DNA of 64,000 bases from an uncultured Pseudomonadota bacterium (lineage in GTDB: Bacteria; Chloroflexota; UBA5177; JAJPKF01). The translations under genes were made by a program, and so were the position numbers. The stretch spans positions 2,854 to 66,853 of the forward strand of contig CAWIIC010000003.1 in the NCBI GenBank assembly GCA_963836045.1, in the 5' to 3' direction. Shown here in pieces: positions 58,779 to 64,000 of this stretch (position 1 is its first letter; each line of letters opens with the position of its first letter). Under the pieces are notes generated by a model. That model was not told where the DNA came from and made no database searches. It was given only the letters and a program-made list of their open reading frames with translations.

Positions 58779-60053
58779 ATGGAGGTCGATATGACGCGCC
58801 GATCGACGATTATTGCCGCAGCTACAGTTGCTTTCACGTGTCTGGCGATCCCCATGACGACTTTGGCTCGGTCGGTGAACCATGTTTCGTTGCCGGCGCC
58901 TTCGGCGACACCTCTAACATTTGGCCTGCAGCCACTCAGCGTGCCCCCAGGTACCGTACGAGCTGTTGCCCATGGAATAAATCAACACGGCGATGTGGTC
59001 GGGTGGAGCGTCTCCTCCTCCACTGTGTCGGCAGAAATCTGGCGCATCTCACCGACCGGACGCGAGATTGGGAGGCGAGAGGTTACGGCTCCCAGGGGAT
59101 ACTCCGACGCCTACCTGGCAGAGATCGACGACAACGGGACTGCAGTCGGACAGGTACTTTCGGCGCCCGACAGCTCGGGCTACCAAAGTGCCTATCTCGG
59201 CTACATGCGTGGCGGCGCTTGGGCCATCCTCCGGGGTCCGGCGGGCGGACCGATCGAGGGCCAGCAGGATGCTACCTCGATCGCCATCGCCCCTAACGGG
59301 GTGATAGCCGCCACCGTGCGGCAAGGACGTACGGGTCAATGGACCGCCGCAATGTTCAAGCCTTCCCACGCTGGCTACGGAAGAGCAATCTTGCTGCCGG
59401 TCAGCCCGCATGCTGTTGCTTCAGAGGTTGGCGCCGCTTACTCCGTGGGTTCGACCACGGTCATTGGGGGAGATGAGCATCTTCGTTCCGGCGACCAAAC
59501 CAACGTGATCCCCGTGGTGTGGATTGATGGACATGGCCCGTACGCCCTGGGTTCTCCGTCCCAATCGGGGCCCGCATCCTTCCAGAAGGTGACGTGCCTC
59601 TATGCCAACCAGCCGCACACGCTGCTGGCTGTGGGCTACGGACTGTCCAATGTCGACGGGCTTGTGGGCTCAGAAGGCTTCGTCGACGCGGTCGACCTAT
59701 CTCGGTCCACGCCAAAGATCGGTCAGTCAGCACAACTTCCCCTACCTCTCGGAGCAACCTTCTCATACTCCAGCGCCGCCGGAGGCGTACCCCACGGCAA
59801 GCCGGGTATGTATACGATCGGTGGGTATGTTTCAGATTGGGCCGGCGGTAGCGCCGGGGCGCTTTGGGACGCAACCCTTGCTCACGGAACCGTGTCCATA
59901 CAGCAGCCGACTCCCCTGATTCCGTCGCCAAGCCTGCGGTCGGCCAAGTGCCCGGTGTACCAGGTCGAATCGATGAACGCCGGTGGATATGCGGCTGGGT
60001 TTACATTCTGTAATGGTGAAGCTCAGCCCATTGTCGTGTACCCTGAAGGCTGA
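58779..60053 (+). CDS. Secreted repeat protein (HAF-family-like extracellular repeats)
   Basis: Signal peptide (STIIAAATVAFTCLAIPMTTLA). Repeat units AHGINQHGDVVGW, AEIDDNGTAVGQ, IAIAPNGVIAAT and ESMNAGGYAAGF. Confidence 0.45.
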   Translation: MEVDMTRRSTIIAAATVAFTCLAIPMTTLARSVNHVSLPAPSATPLTFGLQPLSVPPGTVRAVAHGINQHGDVVGWSVSSSTVSAEIWRISPTGREIGRREVTAPRGYSDAYLAEIDDNGTAVGQVLSAPDSSGYQSAYLGYMRGGAWAILRGPAGGPIEGQQDATSIAIAPNGVIAATVRQGRTGQWTAAMFKPSHAGYGRAILLPVSPHAVASEVGAAYSVGSTTVIGGDEHLRSGDQTNVIPVVWIDGHGPYALGSPSQSGPASFQKVTCLYANQPHTLLAVGYGLSNVDGLVGSEGFVDAVDLSRSTPKIGQSAQLPLPLGATFSYSSAAGGVPHGKPGMYTIGGYVSDWAGGSAGALWDATLAHGTVSIQQPTPLIPSPSLRSAKCPVYQVESMNAGGYAAGFTFCNGEAQPIVVYPEG

Positions 60054-60457
60054 TGATGGCGAAAGTTCTCGGCAGCGTCTGTCAATACAATATGTCGTTG
60101 AATGTGCGGCTACGGAACCTGAACGATGTATTTCGCAGTGCTCCGGAAGCGTGGGCCGGCATGGACGCGGCGGCGAGGAGGACGTTCGTTCTCAGCTGTC
60201 CCAAGATCCGTGGACTCCTCTCCAGATGCTCGGGATCGTGGCCATTGAGCCATGGGAGATTCTTCTGGGCGATGTCGAAAGGCTCTAGCAATTTTGGCTT
60301 CAGAGGGGCCGGCGGCAGCTGCTTCACCTATTCCTTATGTAACTCTTACATCTCAGCAACTTGGGAGCGGGGCCGAGGAACCCGCGAGAGACGGGTGTAG
60401 ACTTTCGCAGGATTGCGTCAAGAGGCGCTTCCTATAAAAAAGTCGGGAAAGGGAGTC

Positions 60458-63250
60458 ATGAAACGCATTGCTGTCGCAGTACTGGGTCTTGTAGTCGTCA
60501 TGAGTCTGGGCTTCGGCGGGGTGGCGATGGTGGCCGCGTCCGCAAACGGTTTCGGCCATTCTACGGTTGGTCCCAAAACGGGTAGCACCGTCCTGTTGCC
60601 GACCAATCAGTGGATCACCCCAGCGGGCACCCGGGCGGTTCTCGATACACAGGGGCGTTTCGTATCCAGCGCCGTCAGTCCCGACGGCACCAAGATGGCG
60701 GCGCTCACGTGGAAGGACTTTACCGGTTTTCTATCGATCATCGACCTTAAAACCGACAAGGTTATTCAAACAGTAGGCGCTCCGGGTCAGTCCTATCTGG
60801 GTGACGGCAACATGGCAGCGGATGGACCGCTCTACTCGCCGGACGGCTCGACGCTCTGGGTTCCGCAACTGTACGACATAGTCCGTTTCTCTGTCGGCAG
60901 CGACGGGACGGTCTCTGATCCAGTCGTCATCAATCTACCTACGAGCGGCCCCGGAGGCGCGGCTCTTCCATCGGGCATGGCTCTGTCACAGGATGGCTCG
61001 AAGCTGTATGTGGCGCTCAACGGATACAACACCCTGGGGGTGATCGACACCGACACAGATACGTTGGTAAACCAGATTAACGTCGGCATAGCGCCCCGGC
61101 AGGTGGTCGTCGTCGGCAACAATGCCTACGTTTCCAACGAGGGCGGGCATCCAACCGGTCAGCCCTCGTACAACTACACATACTCGAACCTGAGTGACGA
61201 CACTCCCGTTATTGCCGATCCGACGACTGGCGCCGCGACCACCGGCACGGTCTCGGTGGTGGATCTCACCAAGCAGTCTGAGACTCAGGAGATCAATGTG
61301 GGGCTCGGGCCGAGCGCGGAGTACCTGGCACCCGATGGCACACTGATGGTTGCGGACTCCAATTCCGACGCCGTGTCGCTCATCGACACGTCAACCAACA
61401 AGTATCTGCAGACATTCCAGACCAACCCAGTCCATGGCACGGGGAATGGCAGCAACCCAAATGCGATCATGATGCCCGATTCAAGCCATGTGGTGGTAAG
61501 CATCGGCCGAGATAATGCGCTGGCCGTCTACAAGTACGCCGGGCCCACAGCCGCCGTTCAGTACCTAGGCTTGTTGCCCACGGATTGGTACCCGGTCGCC
61601 GCCTCAACGGACTCTACAGCGGGCCAGGTGGTTGTCACCAACGACAAGGGCATCGGTGCGTTCGGGCCGGATCTGACTATCAACAAGGGACCCAGTACCA
61701 GTCCGGCCACCGGGCATAACAACTTCGCCGACACTGCGAGCATCACCGTGTTTTCCTGGCCGTCGGCTCTGGCGGCACTCGGCGCCTATACCCAGCAGGT
61801 ATTTCATGACAATGGATGGCAGAGCCTGGGGCCGACCTCGCCACTGCGACACTCCCACGCCAGTCCGGTTGCTGTCCCGCGTGAGCTGGGCCAGCCCTCA
61901 ACCATCAAACATGTATTCCTGATTGACAGAGAGAATCGCACCTACGACCAGGTCTTTGGAGACATAAAAAAGGGAGCCGGGGACCCGGGCGATGCTCAGT
62001 TCGGCGCAACCTTCACTCCGAATGCGCACGCTCTGGCTAACCACTTCGGGCTGTTCGACAACTTCTACGATCCGTCCACGCTCTCCGCTGACGGCCATAA
62101 CTGGCTGTTGCAGGCCAACGCCATTGACTACATAGAGAAGCAATTCGGAGCCTTCTATCGCAGCTACCCGGCTCTCGGGGCAGATGCCCTGGCATACCAG
62201 CCGAGCGGGTTCCTGTGGAACAAAGCCAAGGCGGCGGGGAAGACGGTCCAGGACTTCGGCGAGTACGAGAACTTTCAAAACCTACCCCTATCCGGCGCCC
62301 CGACATGGAGCCAGTGGTACCAGGACGCTCTCATCCTGGAGCACAAAGCAAAGGGGCCGCTTCCCGTACCGGTGAGCAAGTACACGAGCTGGTCCGACAT
62401 CCAGTCGGTCAACTCGATGGATTACCCCAACTTCCCGACGTTTAACCTGGATATCCCTGATCAGTACCGAACAGATGTGTGGCTGCAGGCATTTGCCCAC
62501 AGTGAGAGGACGGGTAATCTTGCCAACCTAAACCTTATCGCTCTGCCTGACGACCACACGGCAGGCGTCGGCATTGGGGACCCGTATCCGGTGGCCGAGG
62601 TCGCGGACAACGATCTGGCTCTTGGTAGGATCGTCGACACGATCTCGCATAGCAAGTTCTGGAAGAGTTCCGTCATCTTTGTCGTGGAAGACGACAGTCA
62701 GAACGGCGTGGACCACATTGACGGACACCGCGCTCCGGCGCTCGTGATTAGCCCCTGGGTCAAGCGCGGAGTCGTCAACCACACCTATTACACGCAGCTC
62801 AACGTGGTCAAGACGATCGAGCAGATTCTTGGTCTTTCGCCTATGAACCAGATGGATCGCGCCGCACAGCCGATGTTCAACGTGTTCACCAACAAACCGA
62901 ACTTCCACCCGTACCACTATCGACAGAACCGGATCCCCTTGACCGAGGGTCTCACTGCATCGAGCAACCGTACGGTTGCAGCCATGGTTCCCCCGTCTGA
63001 GCGCAGGATATACCGCCAGTGGGTCGCATGGAGCGCTTTACAGCACTTCGGCGGCTCTCAGCCTGCTCCCGACATGGCCAATCCAGCCCAGTTGAACCGT
63101 CTCGATTGGTACAGCGCTACTCGATGGACCAAGCCCTACCCGGGTGATAAGGCAATCCTCGCGCCTGCACGGGTGCCCGGAGGCAACCGCTACTACGTCT
63201 GGCAGCAGCTACAACTCAAATTTGCTGAAAAGGCGGTGGCCAAGCACTAG
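60458..63250 (+). CDS. Secreted beta-propeller (YVTN-type repeats) fused to a phosphoesterase-family (PLC/AcpA-like) domain
   Basis: Start at MKRIAVAVLGLVVVMSLG, preceded by GGGAG. The N-terminal half has LYVALNGYNTLGVID and AYVSNEGG type repeats. The C-terminal half has IKHVFLIDRENRTYDQVFGD and DDHTAG...VVEDDSQNGVDHIDGHRAPALVISPW. Confidence 0.8.
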   Translation: MKRIAVAVLGLVVVMSLGFGGVAMVAASANGFGHSTVGPKTGSTVLLPTNQWITPAGTRAVLDTQGRFVSSAVSPDGTKMAALTWKDFTGFLSIIDLKTDKVIQTVGAPGQSYLGDGNMAADGPLYSPDGSTLWVPQLYDIVRFSVGSDGTVSDPVVINLPTSGPGGAALPSGMALSQDGSKLYVALNGYNTLGVIDTDTDTLVNQINVGIAPRQVVVVGNNAYVSNEGGHPTGQPSYNYTYSNLSDDTPVIADPTTGAATTGTVSVVDLTKQSETQEINVGLGPSAEYLAPDGTLMVADSNSDAVSLIDTSTNKYLQTFQTNPVHGTGNGSNPNAIMMPDSSHVVVSIGRDNALAVYKYAGPTAAVQYLGLLPTDWYPVAASTDSTAGQVVVTNDKGIGAFGPDLTINKGPSTSPATGHNNFADTASITVFSWPSALAALGAYTQQVFHDNGWQSLGPTSPLRHSHASPVAVPRELGQPSTIKHVFLIDRENRTYDQVFGDIKKGAGDPGDAQFGATFTPNAHALANHFGLFDNFYDPSTLSADGHNWLLQANAIDYIEKQFGAFYRSYPALGADALAYQPSGFLWNKAKAAGKTVQDFGEYENFQNLPLSGAPTWSQWYQDALILEHKAKGPLPVPVSKYTSWSDIQSVNSMDYPNFPTFNLDIPDQYRTDVWLQAFAHSERTGNLANLNLIALPDDHTAGVGIGDPYPVAEVADNDLALGRIVDTISHSKFWKSSVIFVVEDDSQNGVDHIDGHRAPALVISPWVKRGVVNHTYYTQLNVVKTIEQILGLSPMNQMDRAAQPMFNVFTNKPNFHPYHYRQNRIPLTEGLTASSNRTVAAMVPPSERRIYRQWVAWSALQHFGGSQPAPDMANPAQLNRLDWYSATRWTKPYPGDKAILAPARVPGGNRYYVWQQLQLKFAEKAVAKH

Positions 63251-63269
63251 ATAGTCTCGCTTGAAGGCA

Positions 63270-63304
63270 AGCCCGGCCGGCAGCAGAATACTGTTGGCCG
63301 GGCT
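63270..63304 (+). terminator. GC-rich hairpin between convergent genes
   Basis: AGCCCGGCC-N17-GGCCGGGCT, a 9-bp stem with no clear T tract. Confidence 0.3.
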
Positions 63305-63425
63305 GCAGCGGGGCCTTGCTCGATCAGAGCGGACGAACGAGCGAGGCGGCTCTTCGAGCAGGAAATGCGTCTGACATAACGCTTGGCTGGATGGCCTGCT
63401 GTCAGCAGCTGGTCACCAGTCGTCG

Positions 63426-64000
63426 TTACGTCTGCTGACGGAGCTCGAGCAGGACGAAACCCTTGCTCTCAACCTCTATCATTCGACCCTGCTCGAGGTC
63501 TCGAATCGTCAGTAGCTCCGCGTCGTCATGCCACTGGCGGAGCAAGCTGTCGAATCTCCGGACGTGATATGCGCCTTCCAGAGCATCGTCTACCAGGCGC
63601 ACGTGACCCGTTACGGTTATGTCTTCCGTGTTGCCAACGAACAGCACGGTCCGATTGTGATGCCGCATCCCAATTCCAACGAGCGAGTCACCGGAAACCA
63701 GCATTGACGGGGTGATGTCTTCGCTGTAGGTGGTCGTGTTGGCGTCTTCCGCGACATGATGGAAGTTGGCGTGGATGTGGGTGTCGGGCTGCCGAGTGAC
63801 CACCCACGTAAGTGATCGACCGCGAAAGGGAACGTTTCGGATCGCCAGCCACTTCCAGTCTGGCGGTAGACATGGCCGCACCGCTACGTCGCCGCCATCG
63901 ACTGAAAAGCCGCCCATACCCTCAACTGCCGCCCAGAGATACCGCGGTGGAAACCAAGGGGAGAGCATCATCCCTTCGTTGGTCAGTGTTTCACCATGCA
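63426..64000 (-). CDS. C-terminal part of an amylo-alpha-1,6-glucosidase/GDE_C-like glycoside hydrolase (gene continues beyond the window end)
   Basis: SPWFPPRYLWAAVEGMGG plus a beta-sandwich tail. The frame is open to position 64000. Confidence 0.5.
   Translation of the reverse strand, partial: HGETLTNEGMMLSPWFPPRYLWAAVEGMGGFSVDGGDVAVRPCLPPDWKWLAIRNVPFRGRSLTWVVTRQPDTHIHANFHHVAEDANTTTYSEDITPSMLVSGDSLVGIGMRHHNRTVLFVGNTEDITVTGHVRLVDDALEGAYHVRRFDSLLRQWHDDAELLTIRDLEQGRMIEVESKGFVLLELRQQT

Overview
High-GC bacterial chromosomal segment. The gene content (MMPL, ECF sigma factor, Hanks kinases, a polyol ABC operon with no ATPase of its own) suggests a soil terrabacterial-type lineage, but that is inference only. 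I read four sectors. (i) 1-6.9 kb: a minus-strand operon of secreted proteins ending in a YD/RHS protein, split by an IS630 copy. (ii) ~6.9-27.8 kb: a decayed accessory, defence-flavoured island. It holds an HsdM fragment, a HEPN-like protein, an integrase remnant, a TIR protein, a TIGR04141-like protein, a nucleotidyltransferase, an ECF sigma/anti-sigma pair, an APH-like kinase, a methyltransferase, a DinB-like protein and an esterase. At least eight copies of a 0.1-0.33 kb module punctuate it. Each module ends in the 3' portion of a tRNA (Ser-GCU, Met-CAU or Lys-UUU type) and most are bracketed by short tandem direct repeats; none is an intact tRNA gene. (iii) 27.8-34.8 kb: a 3.45-kb tandem duplication encoding giant proteins with the order HTH, STAND-type ATPase, Ser/Thr kinase, TM helix, degenerate beta-lactamase-fold ectodomain. 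Both copies are frame-broken, one by a single extra base. (iv) 35-64 kb: mostly intact transport, metabolism and regulation genes (AI-2E transporter, polyol ABC plus mannitol dehydrogenase, ApbE cluster, PAP2, MMPL, two-component system, NRAMP-like transporter, ASST, phosphoesterase). Frame disruptions are strongly concentrated in sectors i-iii. All homology calls come from motif recognition by eye; no searches were run.
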